Shown here in pieces: positions 18,895-29,344 of a stretch of DNA of 64,000 bases (the first letter of the stretch is position 1; each line of letters opens with the position of its first letter). Made by a program: the position numbers and the translations under genes. The notes under the pieces are model-generated. The model made no database searches. It was given only the letters and a program-made list of their open reading frames with translations, and was not told where the DNA came from. Source of the stretch: Verrucomicrobiota bacterium (GTDB lineage Bacteria > Verrucomicrobiota > Verrucomicrobiia > Limisphaerales > AAA164-E04); contig CP170459.1 in the NCBI GenBank assembly GCA_047947115.1, positions 1,536,001 through 1,600,000 of the forward strand. Reading direction: 5' to 3'.

Positions 18895-19152
18895 TGGTGC
18901 AGGGTGATGCGCTCGTATTTCCTTAAACGTCCCATATCCGGCAAATCCCGCGATGGGGGGGAGAGACTCAGGGAATCATTGGTTTTAATGCATTTGTTTC
19001 GTCTGAGTTTTGAAGAAAAAGTGCTTCAGGCTTTTCTTTTTGGCGCACTTCCCCAACGAATCCACTTGCATCAATCCTTGTTCCCATGAAAAGTGTGGAC
19101 TTTCCGTTGGCTGGAATCAATAAACGGCCTGGCTGACGGATTAGTTTCATTC

Positions 19153-20235
19153 ATGATATTCAGAGGCAGCTTCAATCTGTTCTTGCCGGTCAGCCTCTTT
19201 GGCTTGGGACTGCTTGTGGGGTGTGGTCCGGCGGAGGATACCGGTTCCAGTGGAGGTCCCATGATGCCAACCCAGGTGGTTGCCGTCGCGGCAAAAACCG
19301 AAGCGGTTGCTGACACGCTTTCCTTGATTGGGACGGTGGCTGCAGATGAAATGGTGGAACTTAAATCCGAAACGGCTGGTCTCGTTGAGTCCATTCATTT
19401 CACGGAGGGGCAGCACGTGGAAAAGGACCAGCTTTTGATTGAGCTGGATCAAAGCAAACTTCAGTCAGCGGTCGTTGAGGCCGAAGCCAATCAGGCTCTC
19501 AGTCAATCCAATTTCAAAAGAAACCGCGAACTGCTTGATGGGAACCTGATTTCCAAGCAGGAGTTCGACCAGTCCAAGACGCGATTCGAAGCGGATACTG
19601 CCTTGGTGGACCTGCGAAAGCGTCAATTGAAGGATACACGTATCACTGCACCGTTCAGCGGGACGGTCGGATCCCGCGAAGTCAGTCCCGGTCAAGTCAT
19701 TTCCCAGAACACGACACTCACCTGGTTGGTGTCGCTTGATCCGGTCAAACTGGAATTCAATGTTCCGGAACGATTCCTCAGTGTCTGCAAAACCGGTCAG
19801 ACCATTGATGTCAAAGTGGCCGCCTATCCTCAGAATAAATTTGAGGGAACCGTCTATTTCGTGGCTCCTTTTGTCGAACCTCAACTCCGTACGACCTTGG
19901 TCAAGGCTACGTTGGCCAATCCGGAAGAACTGTTGAAACCGGGCATGTTTGCCACTTTGGATTTGACACTTACCATTCGTGACAAGGCTATTGTCATACC
20001 TGAACCTGCCACTTTTCGGACACTGGACGATAAGCGTGCGATGATCTACGTGGTGGATGCGGAAAATCAGGCACAGTTACGGACAGTTCTCGTCGGTGAA
20101 AGAAAATCCAAGAAGGTCGAAATCCTCGAAGGTCTTGCCGAGGGGGAAATGGTTGTCGTCGAAGGTACACAAAAAATCGGCCCCGGATCCCCCGTCAAAT
20201 TTGCCCCGGCTGAAGCCGCCGACATTTATCAATAA
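19153..20235 (+). CDS. RND efflux periplasmic adaptor (membrane fusion protein)
   Basis: Lipobox LLVGC; 'SETAGLVESIHFTEGQHVEKDQLL', 'ITAPFSGTVG', 'LKPGMFA'. Confidence 0.95.
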   Translation: MIFRGSFNLFLPVSLFGLGLLVGCGPAEDTGSSGGPMMPTQVVAVAAKTEAVADTLSLIGTVAADEMVELKSETAGLVESIHFTEGQHVEKDQLLIELDQSKLQSAVVEAEANQALSQSNFKRNRELLDGNLISKQEFDQSKTRFEADTALVDLRKRQLKDTRITAPFSGTVGSREVSPGQVISQNTTLTWLVSLDPVKLEFNVPERFLSVCKTGQTIDVKVAAYPQNKFEGTVYFVAPFVEPQLRTTLVKATLANPEELLKPGMFATLDLTLTIRDKAIVIPEPATFRTLDDKRAMIYVVDAENQAQLRTVLVGERKSKKVEILEGLAEGEMVVVEGTQKIGPGSPVKFAPAEAADIYQ

Positions 20236-20244
20236 CGTCTCTGC

Positions 20245-23200
20245 ATGAAGTTGCCGGAAATCAGCATCCGTCGCCCCGTCCTGGCCACCATGATGAGCCT
20301 GGCTCTGGTGCTGTTTGGTGCGATCAGTCTGACCCGGTTGCCGGTTCGGGAACTGCCCGATATTGATCCTCCGATTGTCAATGTGACCACTGTTTACCCG
20401 GGGGCCAACGCGTCCGTGGTTGAAACTGAAATCACCGAACGCCTGGAAGAGGCGGTGAACAATGTGCCGGGGATCAAAACTCTGACCAGCGAGAGTCGGG
20501 AGCAGGTCAGCAACATCACCATTGAATTCAACTTGTCGCGGGACATCGATATCGCGTCACAGGACGTGCGTGATCGTGTTTCCCGTATCAGGGGACGTCT
20601 TCCTGAGAACATCGACGAGCCGGTTATTTCCAAACAGGATTCCGATGCGCGCCCCATTATCTGGGTGGGGATGAGCAGTGATCGTTTCACTCCGATCGAA
20701 TTGACCGATCTGGCGGAGAAACAAATCAAAAACCGTTTGCAAACGGTCGAAGGTGTTTCGTCCATTTTCATAGGGGGCGAACAGCGATTCGCCATTCGAT
20801 TGTGGCTTGATTCTCAAAAAATGGCCGCCCACCAAGTGACCATTCTGGACGTCCAACAGGCCTTGCGGGAACAGAATGTCGAGCTGCCGAGCGGACGTGT
20901 CGAGAACTGGGACCGGGAAATGACTATCCAGACCAAGGGCGAAATGAAGACGGTCGAGGAATTCAATCAACTGGTCATTCGGCAGGAGCGGGATCGATTT
21001 GTTCGGTTGCGGGATGTCGGTCACGCGGAACAAGGGGTGGAAAACGAACGAACCGGTGCACGTAACAACGGTAAACCCTGCATCTTCCTGGGCATCGTCA
21101 AGCAATCCAAGGCCAATTCCGTTTCCGTTTCCCACGGAGTACGCGAGCAACTCAAACTGATCCAGCCGACCTTGCCTGAGGGGATCGAAATGGTCGTCAA
21201 CTATGATGAATCCACTTTTGTGGAGGATTCCATCAGTGAAGTGTGGTTTACCCTGGGATTCGCTTTTTTTCTCGTGGTGGCGGTGATTTTTGTTTTTCTC
21301 CACAACTTTCGAGCCACGCTCGTTCCGGCGGTGGCCATTCCGGTTTCGATCATCGCCACTTTCGCCGTCATGCAGTTGCTTGGTTTTTCCATCAATATCC
21401 TGACCATGCTGGCCCTGGTGCTGGCCATCGGGATTGTGGTGGATGACGCCATTGTGGTCTTGGAAAACATCCACCGTCACATTGAAGAGGGAATGAAGCC
21501 CATGGAGGCGGCTTTCAAGGGGATGAAGGAAATCACTTTTGCCGTGATTGCCACGACGGTTGCCCTGGTTGCGGTCTTCACACCGCTGGCCTTTCAATCC
21601 AGCACCACCGGTCGCCTGTTTGTTGAGTTTGCAGTGGCCATTGCCGGATCGGTGATTGTTTCGACATTTGTGGCCTTGTCTCTGACCCCCATGATGGCTT
21701 CCCGTATTTTGCGCCCGAGCGGAAAGAAGCAAGGTTTTCTTGTGCGACGTTTTGAAACGACTCTTAACTTTGTCACACGGATTTACAAGAGTATCCTTCA
21801 GCGATTGCTGGATCTGTCTGTTTTTGCCAGGTTGGGCATTCTGGGAGGGATCGCTGTTGCCTTGTTTGTCTCAAGTCAGTTGCTCTATACGCATCTGGAG
21901 GGAGATTTTCTACCGGAAGAAGACAAGGGGCGCTTGTTTTGTTTTGTCATTGCGCCCGAAGGTTCGACCGCCGAATACACGAACCGCATGCTCCTTCAGA
22001 TGGAGCAGATTCTTTCTGAAACACCGGAGATTTCCATTTACGGATCTTTGGTGGCACCCGGTTTCTCTGGGCCTGGTTTGGCCAACAACGGGATTGTCTT
22101 TGTGCATCTCAAGGAGGATCGTGACCGAAGTGTCCAGGAAATGGTCAATGCACCGGGCGGTTTGAGAAACCGGTTTTTCACCGAAGTGGAGGGAGCCATT
22201 GCCATTCCAACCATTCCCAAGACCATTAATCGCAGTTTTGGATCCCCTTTTCAGGTGGTCATTCAGGGATCGAATCTGGAAGAACTGGACGCGTTTGTAA
22301 CCGGGTTTGTGAATCAATTGAGGCAGTCGGATTTTATTCAAAATGTTCAGAGTTCATTTGAAATGAACAAACCTGAACTGAAACTGGACATCGACCGCAA
22401 CCGGGCGGCGGCGCTGGGTGTGTCCATTCAGGATGTTTCACGAACCTTGCAGATTCTTTTCGGTGGATTGGATGTCAGTCGCATCAAAAAGGATGGCAAA
22501 GAATACGATGTCATTGCGCAACTGGAACGAGAGAGTCGATTGACTCCCGAGCACCTCGACATGATTTATGTGCGAAACCAGGACGGGAACCTCATTCAAT
22601 TATCCAGCATTATTCGTCGTGAAGTGGGGGTCGCTCCCAACAAGATCGAACGTTACAACCGCATTCGCAGTGCCACCATCTCGGGCAGCCCGGTAGGTGT
22701 GACCATGGGGACCGCCGTGGACAAGGTGAAAGCCATGTTGGATGAGCAATTGCCGGATGGTTTCCTTTACGATTGGTCGGGTGAATCCCGGGATCTTCAG
22801 GATGCCGGTAAGGAAATCTACTGGGTGATGATCCTGTCCTTGATCATCGTTTACATGGTGCTGGCCTCACAGTTCGAAAGTCTGGTGCATCCGTTTACTG
22901 TCATGTTGACCGTTCCCCTTGCGGCAGTGGGTGCTTTTGGTTTGTTGTGGTTGTTGGGGGCTCTGGGGAAAGTCGGGTTGATCACGCCGATTCCCGCGAT
23001 GAACATCAATTTGTTCAGTCAAATCGGCCTGGTGCTTTTGATTGGTCTGGTCACCAAGAACGGGATTTTGCTGGTGGAGTTTGCCAATCAACTGATGGAA
23101 AAGGGCATGAATGCACACCAGGCCATGGCTCAGTCTGGAGCGGTTCGATTGCGTCCCATCCTGATGACGGCCGTTTCTACCATTTCCGGCATCCTTCCCA

Positions 23201-23373
23201 TTGCCATCGGATTTGGCGCCGGTGCCGAGAGTCGTCGTCCCATGGGGGTTGTTGTTGTGGGAGGCATGCTCACCAGTACGTTCCTGACCTTGTTTGTCAT
23301 TCCGCTGGTTTACACCGTCTTCAGTGACCTGTTTTCCAAATTTCGAAAAACCGATGTGGTTGCTTCTGCGTAG
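20245..23373 (+). CDS. RND efflux permease (AcrB/MexW-like)
   Basis: 'ISIRRPVLA', 'IGIVVDDAIVVLENI', 'GLVTKNGILLVEFA', 'RLRPILMT'. Confidence 0.97.
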   Translation: MKLPEISIRRPVLATMMSLALVLFGAISLTRLPVRELPDIDPPIVNVTTVYPGANASVVETEITERLEEAVNNVPGIKTLTSESREQVSNITIEFNLSRDIDIASQDVRDRVSRIRGRLPENIDEPVISKQDSDARPIIWVGMSSDRFTPIELTDLAEKQIKNRLQTVEGVSSIFIGGEQRFAIRLWLDSQKMAAHQVTILDVQQALREQNVELPSGRVENWDREMTIQTKGEMKTVEEFNQLVIRQERDRFVRLRDVGHAEQGVENERTGARNNGKPCIFLGIVKQSKANSVSVSHGVREQLKLIQPTLPEGIEMVVNYDESTFVEDSISEVWFTLGFAFFLVVAVIFVFLHNFRATLVPAVAIPVSIIATFAVMQLLGFSINILTMLALVLAIGIVVDDAIVVLENIHRHIEEGMKPMEAAFKGMKEITFAVIATTVALVAVFTPLAFQSSTTGRLFVEFAVAIAGSVIVSTFVALSLTPMMASRILRPSGKKQGFLVRRFETTLNFVTRIYKSILQRLLDLSVFARLGILGGIAVALFVSSQLLYTHLEGDFLPEEDKGRLFCFVIAPEGSTAEYTNRMLLQMEQILSETPEISIYGSLVAPGFSGPGLANNGIVFVHLKEDRDRSVQEMVNAPGGLRNRFFTEVEGAIAIPTIPKTINRSFGSPFQVVIQGSNLEELDAFVTGFVNQLRQSDFIQNVQSSFEMNKPELKLDIDRNRAAALGVSIQDVSRTLQILFGGLDVSRIKKDGKEYDVIAQLERESRLTPEHLDMIYVRNQDGNLIQLSSIIRREVGVAPNKIERYNRIRSATISGSPVGVTMGTAVDKVKAMLDEQLPDGFLYDWSGESRDLQDAGKEIYWVMILSLIIVYMVLASQFESLVHPFTVMLTVPLAAVGAFGLLWLLGALGKVGLITPIPAMNINLFSQIGLVLLIGLVTKNGILLVEFANQLMEKGMNAHQAMAQSGAVRLRPILMTAVSTISGILPIAIGFGAGAESRRPMGVVVVGGMLTSTFLTLFVIPLVYTVFSDLFSKFRKTDVVASA

Positions 23374-23395
23374 ATTGATGGGACTCACTGTTGTG

Positions 23396-23424
23396 TTGAA
23401 ACAAATGCCCGCCCCCGTTATGAT
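23396..23424 (+). promoter_or_regulatory. sigma70-type promoter for the cysteine desulfurase-Lrp pair
   Basis: TTGAAA (23396-23401), 17 nt spacer, TATGAT (23419-23424). Confidence 0.65.
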
Positions 23425-23440
23425 GTCTTTGACGTAAGGA

Positions 23441-24622
23441 ATGAACTCGATTTGCTATTTGGATAACAACGGGACGACTCAGGTGGCGCCGGAAGTATTG
23501 GAGGCCATGTTGCCCTTTTATACCCAGCACTGGGGTAACGCTTCCAGTGCGCATCGCTTTTGTCGTCCGGTTAAGGAGGCTTTGCATCAGGCTCGCGTGC
23601 AGATCGCTTCGTTGATCAATGCCGAGCCGGAAGAAATCGTGTTCACCGGTTGTGGAACAGAAAGCAACAATACCGCCATTCATAGCGCTCTACGCCGCGA
23701 TGCCTCCAAAAAGCATGTTATCACTACGACTGTCGAACACTCCGCCAATCGCAAGTATGGACAATTTCTTCAGCGACAGGGTTATGATGTGACCTTTCTT
23801 CCGGTGGAAGAGGATGGTTCCCTGGATATTTGCCTGTTGAACGACATGATCCGTGAGGACACCGCCATTGTTTCCATCATGTGGGCGAACAATGAAACCG
23901 GGGTCATCTTTCCTATCGAGGAAGTGGCCGCCATCTGCCAAAGCAAAGAAGTGTCTTTTCACACAGATGCCATTCAGGCCGCCGGCAAAGTGCCGATTGA
24001 TGTTCAATCCACCCAGATCGATTTTCTTTCTTTGTCTGCGCACAAAATTTATGCCCCCAAGGGGGTCGGAGCTTTGTATGTTCGCAAGGGGACGCCTTAC
24101 AGCTCCTATATTTTTGGTGGCGGGCAGGAATCCGGTCGAAGGGCTGGAACCGAAAACGTTGCCGGCATTGTCGGATTTGGTCGTGCCGCTCAAATGGCTT
24201 TGGAAGATTCAGGACGGTCTGGTCGTCTGGAAGCCTTGAGGAATCACATGGAACATTCCATCCTGACTCAAATCCCTCAGACCTCACGCAACGGATGCAA
24301 ATCAAATCGGCTGCCCAATACTTCCAATATCGCATTTGACGGTGTGGAAGGAGAGGCATTGCTGTTGAAGCTGGATCGGCTGGGGATCTGTGCCTCCAGT
24401 GGCTCGGCGTGCACCACTGGTTCACTGGAACCATCCCATGTCCTGTTGGCCATGGGCGTGCCTACTCGAAGGGCCTTGTCCAGTATTCGATTCAGCCTGG
24501 GGCATTATTCGACCGAAGCTGATGTTGATTTCCTGTTGAAACATCTGCCTGATATCGTGACCGAACTCAAGGGCCAGACACCTGCGCCGAAGCCCTCAGA
24601 AACCCTTACCCAATCTCATTAA
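23441..24622 (+). CDS. Cysteine desulfurase (NifS/IscS group I)
   Basis: YLDNNGTT, SAHKIYAPKG (PLP Lys), RAGTENV, SSGSACT (catalytic Cys). Confidence 0.96.
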   Translation: MNSICYLDNNGTTQVAPEVLEAMLPFYTQHWGNASSAHRFCRPVKEALHQARVQIASLINAEPEEIVFTGCGTESNNTAIHSALRRDASKKHVITTTVEHSANRKYGQFLQRQGYDVTFLPVEEDGSLDICLLNDMIREDTAIVSIMWANNETGVIFPIEEVAAICQSKEVSFHTDAIQAAGKVPIDVQSTQIDFLSLSAHKIYAPKGVGALYVRKGTPYSSYIFGGGQESGRRAGTENVAGIVGFGRAAQMALEDSGRSGRLEALRNHMEHSILTQIPQTSRNGCKSNRLPNTSNIAFDGVEGEALLLKLDRLGICASSGSACTTGSLEPSHVLLAMGVPTRRALSSIRFSLGHYSTEADVDFLLKHLPDIVTELKGQTPAPKPSETLTQSH

Positions 24623-24630
24623 AGCATCCT

Positions 24631-25110
24631 ATGGATCCATTGCTCAAATTACTGCGCGAAAACGCCTCTTATCGTCCTGATCAACTTGCCAGGATGCTGC
24701 AGCTGGAAGAGGAGGAGGTCACCGCCCGCATTAAGGCTTACGAAGATGATGGGACCATTGTGGGTTACCGCACCATTCTCAATGAGGAAAAGCTTGAACT
24801 GGACCGTGTGCGTGCCGTCATTGAAGTGAAGTTGACACCCGAGCGCGAAGGCGGATTCAACCACCTCGCTTCCCGCATCGCCAAACATTCTGAAGTGCGC
24901 GCCTGCTACCTGATGTCCGGAGCCTACGATTTGCTCGCGATCGTTGAAGGCAACACGCTCAAAGAGGTGGCCAATTTTGTTTCGGAAAAGCTTTCCACGC
25001 TCGATGGAGTGGTCTCAACCTCCACACACTTCATGCTCAAACCCTACAAGGAGCATGGCGTCCTGTTGCTGTCCGATGAATCCAGCCATCGCTTGAGTGT
25101 GTCGCCTTGA
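24631..25110 (+). CDS. Lrp/AsnC family transcriptional regulator
   Basis: N-terminal HTH; 'YLMSGAYDL', 'FVSEKLSTLDGVVSTSTHFMLKPYK'. Confidence 0.93.
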   Translation: MDPLLKLLRENASYRPDQLARMLQLEEEEVTARIKAYEDDGTIVGYRTILNEEKLELDRVRAVIEVKLTPEREGGFNHLASRIAKHSEVRACYLMSGAYDLLAIVEGNTLKEVANFVSEKLSTLDGVVSTSTHFMLKPYKEHGVLLLSDESSHRLSVSP

Positions 25111-25143
25111 GTGTTTGATTCGTCGACCGGCCTCAAGCGACAC
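25099..25143 (+). terminator. Hairpin spanning the Lrp stop codon
   Basis: gtgtcgccttgag ... ctcaagcgacac (one bulge), followed shortly by ttttt. Confidence 0.35.
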
Positions 25144-25306
25144 GGATGATTTTTAAGTCACTCCGTCATCAATGATTAAAGATGACGGGGTTATCTTTTC
25201 CGGGATCCCTCAATGCATGGGTTGCCAGACATGGGAGTGGTTCAAAAGGGTTGAAGAACAGTTGATGTGATATTCTTGCTGCAGCGCTGATTGGCGGCCC
25301 AAAATG

Positions 25307-25335
25307 TTGCACTCCGCATCTCCTCGTTTTACAGT
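25307..25335 (+). promoter_or_regulatory. Possible sigma70-type promoter
   Basis: TTGCAC, 17 nt spacer, TACAGT, just upstream of ATG 25353. Confidence 0.4.
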
Positions 25336-25352
25336 GGGCACCAATCAGCCCA

Positions 25353-27905
25353 ATGAAAGTATTGAGAAGATACCTATCGATTGCGTACTTGGTCATGGTT
25401 TTCACGGTATTGGCAAATCTCCTGAAAACCGATTTGCACGCCTTGGATTACCAGAGTGATATCGAACCGATTCTGATCGATTTTTGTTATGATTGCCATG
25501 GGGATGGCATGGGCAAGGGCAAGGTGGCATTAGATGGGTATTCGTCGCATGCCGATCGTTTGAACGATAAGGAACTTTGGATGCGTGTGATCAAAAATCT
25601 GCGTGCCGGGTTGATGCCGCCATCGGATAAACCGCAGCCCAAAGCCGAACAACTGCAGCAATTGGAAAACTGGATCAAGAGGTCCGTTTTCGAGCTGGAT
25701 CCCAAGAACCCCAATCCGGGTCGCGTCACCATGCGGCGCCTGAACCGTGCGGAATACCAGCATACCATCCGTGATTTGATGGGGGTGGAGTTCAGGGTCT
25801 ACGAGGAATTTCCGCCCGACGATACCGGTTTTGGTTTCGACAACATCGGCGATGTATTGAGCGTGTCACCATTGCTGATGGAAAAATACATGGACGCCGC
25901 CGAGATGATCGTTTCGGAAGCCGTCCCGACTGTTCCTCTCCAAAGGGCCGAACAGAACTTTGGGGATTCCGAATGGCAGAATTCCAGACAACCCGACCAA
26001 CGCCGGTCGCGCCATAGTTTCTACGAAGAGGTTGAGTTGGAACGTTCCTTCGAGATTCAAATCGCCGGGGAATACGAGGTGCTGCTCGAGCATGAAGTCA
26101 GGGGCGATTTTGATTTCGATCCGGGCCAGTGTCATGTGCATGTCGAATTGGATGGCGCCTCGCTTCTTGAAACCACCTACCAATGGCAAAACCGGAAACG
26201 CTACCCCTATTCGGTCACCAAACACTTTGAGCCAGGGAAATACACGCTGAAGCTCCAGTTGCAGCCGCTCCAGTCCATCGAAGAAAAGAAAAACAATGTC
26301 GATCTGCGTCTGGCGGTTACGACAATCAAGGGACCGGTTGACAAGAAACATTGGGTGCGCCCTCCGAATTACGATCGCTTTTTTCAACGACCTCATCCGC
26401 CCGAAGATCAAAATGAACGCCTCGAATATGCTCGCGAGACCTTGGCTCGTTTTGTTTTTAAGGCATACCGGCGTCCGGTGTCTGACCAGGTGGTGGATCG
26501 GCTCATGGTCATTGCTCAATCGGCTTGGCGTGAAACCGGAAAATCGTTTGAAGCCGGTATTGCCGAAGCCATGAAAGCGGTTCTGGCATCGCCTTACTTT
26601 GTGTTCCGAGTTGAGGAAACCCTCGATCAACCATTGCTTGCAGGCGAACATCCGAACCTGGATGAGTTCGCGCTGGCTTCACGTCTTTCCTATTTCCTCT
26701 GGTCCACCATGCCTGATCAGGAGTTGCTGGATCTTGCAAGCGCTGGTCGATTGAAAGACGAATGGGCTCAGCAAGTGGATCGTCTGTTGAAAGATCCACG
26801 TTCCGAGGCCTGGAGAGACGCGTTTATCGGGCAATGGTTGCAGGCGCGTGATATTGAAAGCGTCCCACTCAACGCCCGCGCCATCCTGGCACGCGAATCA
26901 AGCGAGGAACGTAAACTGGATCGCCAGCGCAGTCGGTATTTCGAGTTGCGTCGCAAGCCCGAAGATGCATTGACTGAAGATGAGGTTAAAGAGGTTGCCG
27001 AGTTGCGTGAAATTCGATTCCAGTTTTTCCGCCCTCCTCAAAAGGATCTCGACGGCTCCTTGCGGCGAGCCATGCGTCGCGAAACCGAGATGCTGTTCGA
27101 ACACATTGTGGATGATGATCGCAGTGTGCTGGAATTGCTGGACAGCGATTATTCTTTCCTGAACGAAGAGTTGGCCAGTCATTATGGAATTGAAGGTGTG
27201 GAAGGGGATCGCATGCGCAAGGTATCTCTTCCAGCAGGAAGCCCAAGAGGTGGTATTCTCACTCAAGGAACTTTTCTGGCAGTGACGTCCAATCCCACCC
27301 GTACCTCTCCGGTCAAGCGTGGTCTGTTTATCTTGGATAATTTGTTGGGAACACCTGCACCTCCACCGCCCGGAGATGTGCCTCCGCTGGAGGAAGCCGC
27401 CGCTGGTTTTGAAGGCCGGGAACCAACCCTTCGAGAAACCCTCGAACTTCATCGTGCCGATGCCATTTGTCGTAGCTGTCACGAACGCATGGATCCGCTG
27501 GGGCTTGCTCTTGAGAATTTTAACCCGCTTGGTCTGTGGCGCGATCAGGAATTCGATCAACCCGTGGCTCCTGAAGGGCAACTCGTCACCGGCGAAGCTT
27601 TCACCGGGATTCGGGAACTCAAGTCCATTCTGACCAGCACAAGACGTCTGGATTTCTACCGATGCCTGACCGAAAAACTCATGACCTATGCATTGGGACG
27701 CGGTCTTGATTACAGGGACGTGGAGACGGTCGACCAAATCGTTGCCAATCTTGATGCGCAAGGCGGCAGGTTTTCGGTGTTGCTGATGGGGATTTTGGAC
27801 TCATCCGCATATCAAAAAAGACAATCTGATGAAACCCTGCACGCTTTGAACAGGTCTGCTTCAAACGATTCGATCGCATTCACACAACAAACAACCGTAA
27901 AATGA
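25353..27905 (+). CDS. DUF1592-family protein (planctomycete-type cytochrome c, DUF1587/1595/1592/1588/1585)
   Basis: CYDCH and CRSCH heme motifs; 'RRLNRAEYQHTIRDL', 'LASRLSYFLWSTMPD', 'RTSPVKRG', 'EKLMTYALGRG'. Confidence 0.93.
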   Translation: MKVLRRYLSIAYLVMVFTVLANLLKTDLHALDYQSDIEPILIDFCYDCHGDGMGKGKVALDGYSSHADRLNDKELWMRVIKNLRAGLMPPSDKPQPKAEQLQQLENWIKRSVFELDPKNPNPGRVTMRRLNRAEYQHTIRDLMGVEFRVYEEFPPDDTGFGFDNIGDVLSVSPLLMEKYMDAAEMIVSEAVPTVPLQRAEQNFGDSEWQNSRQPDQRRSRHSFYEEVELERSFEIQIAGEYEVLLEHEVRGDFDFDPGQCHVHVELDGASLLETTYQWQNRKRYPYSVTKHFEPGKYTLKLQLQPLQSIEEKKNNVDLRLAVTTIKGPVDKKHWVRPPNYDRFFQRPHPPEDQNERLEYARETLARFVFKAYRRPVSDQVVDRLMVIAQSAWRETGKSFEAGIAEAMKAVLASPYFVFRVEETLDQPLLAGEHPNLDEFALASRLSYFLWSTMPDQELLDLASAGRLKDEWAQQVDRLLKDPRSEAWRDAFIGQWLQARDIESVPLNARAILARESSEERKLDRQRSRYFELRRKPEDALTEDEVKEVAELREIRFQFFRPPQKDLDGSLRRAMRRETEMLFEHIVDDDRSVLELLDSDYSFLNEELASHYGIEGVEGDRMRKVSLPAGSPRGGILTQGTFLAVTSNPTRTSPVKRGLFILDNLLGTPAPPPPGDVPPLEEAAAGFEGREPTLRETLELHRADAICRSCHERMDPLGLALENFNPLGLWRDQEFDQPVAPEGQLVTGEAFTGIRELKSILTSTRRLDFYRCLTEKLMTYALGRGLDYRDVETVDQIVANLDAQGGRFSVLLMGILDSSAYQKRQSDETLHALNRSASNDSIAFTQQTTVK

Positions 27906-29281
27906 AATCATCCATCCTCAACCGACCGTTCAATCGCCGATCCTTCCTGCGTGGATTGGGCGCCGCCATCGCCTTGCCATCCATGGAAACCATGAAGCCC
28001 CTTTCTGTCATGGCCGAGGGAGCCGCTGGACGCGGGCTGGCGACGACAGCAACGGGCGCGCCACTTCGACTTGCGTTTGTCTACTTTCCGAACGGCGCCA
28101 TCCAGAATCATTGGTGGCCTGAGAAACAGGGAAATGATCTTCAGCTTCCCCAGACGCTTAGCCCCCTGGCAGCGGTCAAGCATCGCTTGCAGGTGTTGGG
28201 TGGACTCGATCACGTGAATGCCACACCCGGACCCGATGGAGCAGGGGATCATGCCCGCGCCAGCGGCACGTTCCTGACCGGTGTGCGCGTGAAGAAAACG
28301 GCAGGCGCCGACATCAAGGCGGGGATTTCCATCGACCAGGTGATCGCGAATCAGATCGGTCACGTGACCCGTTTTCCATCGCTTGAACTAAGCTGTGACA
28401 TGGTGCGCAAGTCCGGTAACTGTGACTCCGGATACTCCTGCGCATACCAATACAACCTTGCCTGGCGCAGCGAAACCCAACCGGTACCGCCCGAACCAAA
28501 TCCCCGACTCTACTTTGAACGGCTCTTCGGGGCCGGGGCAGCCAATGAACGTCATGAGTCACTCCTCAAGCGGCGGGCCCAGCAGAAATCGATCCTCGAT
28601 TTTGTGTTGGAAGAATCCCGGGATCTGAACCGCAAATTGACTTATCGGGACAAAGACAAACTGAATGGCTATCTCGAAAGTGTGCGGGCCATCGAGAAAC
28701 GCATCGAACAAGCCGAGCGCTTCGGCGCGCCACCCGATCCCCAGCGTGATGCACCAGTCGGCATCCCCGAATCACTGGACAATTATCTGGAACTGATGTT
28801 CGACATGCTGGCACTCACTTTCGAAACGGATTCAACGCGCGTGGCCACTTTCCTCATGCAAAACGAAGGCAGTAATCGTCCTTTCCCTGAAATCGGTATC
28901 TCGGAAGGACACCATTACCTGACCCATCACCGCAGCCAACAGGATATGATGGATAAAGTGGCCCTCATCGATCAATGGTATGTCACACGCTTTGCCCGAT
29001 TCCTCGGAAAACTGGAAGCCATGCAGGATAGTGACGGCCATTCCGTGCTGCATAATTCCATGATTGTTTATGGCAGCGGCAACAGCGACGGCAACCGCCA
29101 CACCCATGTGAACCTTCCCGTGCTCATGGCCGGTTCCGGTGGCGGCTCCCTGCAGACCGATCGATTCCATCACTACGGCGAAACCCCGATGAGCAACTTC
29201 CTCCTGACCCTGGGCGACCGGATGGGAATGCAAGGAGTGGATCGACTAGGAGACAGGGACGAGTCTCCAATGTTTGATTGA
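27902..29281 (+). CDS. DUF1552 family protein with Tat-like signal
   Basis: 'NRRSFLRGLGAAIALP', 'CDSGYSCAY', 'DGNRHTHVNLP'; 4-bp overlap with the DUF1592 gene. Confidence 0.93.
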   Translation: MKSSILNRPFNRRSFLRGLGAAIALPSMETMKPLSVMAEGAAGRGLATTATGAPLRLAFVYFPNGAIQNHWWPEKQGNDLQLPQTLSPLAAVKHRLQVLGGLDHVNATPGPDGAGDHARASGTFLTGVRVKKTAGADIKAGISIDQVIANQIGHVTRFPSLELSCDMVRKSGNCDSGYSCAYQYNLAWRSETQPVPPEPNPRLYFERLFGAGAANERHESLLKRRAQQKSILDFVLEESRDLNRKLTYRDKDKLNGYLESVRAIEKRIEQAERFGAPPDPQRDAPVGIPESLDNYLELMFDMLALTFETDSTRVATFLMQNEGSNRPFPEIGISEGHHYLTHHRSQQDMMDKVALIDQWYVTRFARFLGKLEAMQDSDGHSVLHNSMIVYGSGNSDGNRHTHVNLPVLMAGSGGGSLQTDRFHHYGETPMSNFLLTLGDRMGMQGVDRLGDRDESPMFD

Positions 29282-29344
29282 TACACTTTAAGAAAACCAG
29301 AATCAGAGACAAATAGGCATCAAAACACAGAACACTTACACCAT

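Noticed and set aside
12749..27761. Long antisense ORFs (e.g. 12749-13666, 14209-15216, 20557-21732, 26898-27761) and short ORFs 18511-18765 and 18904-19089
   Set aside because: The long ones are shadows of well-supported genes on the other strand; none has a recognisable motif.
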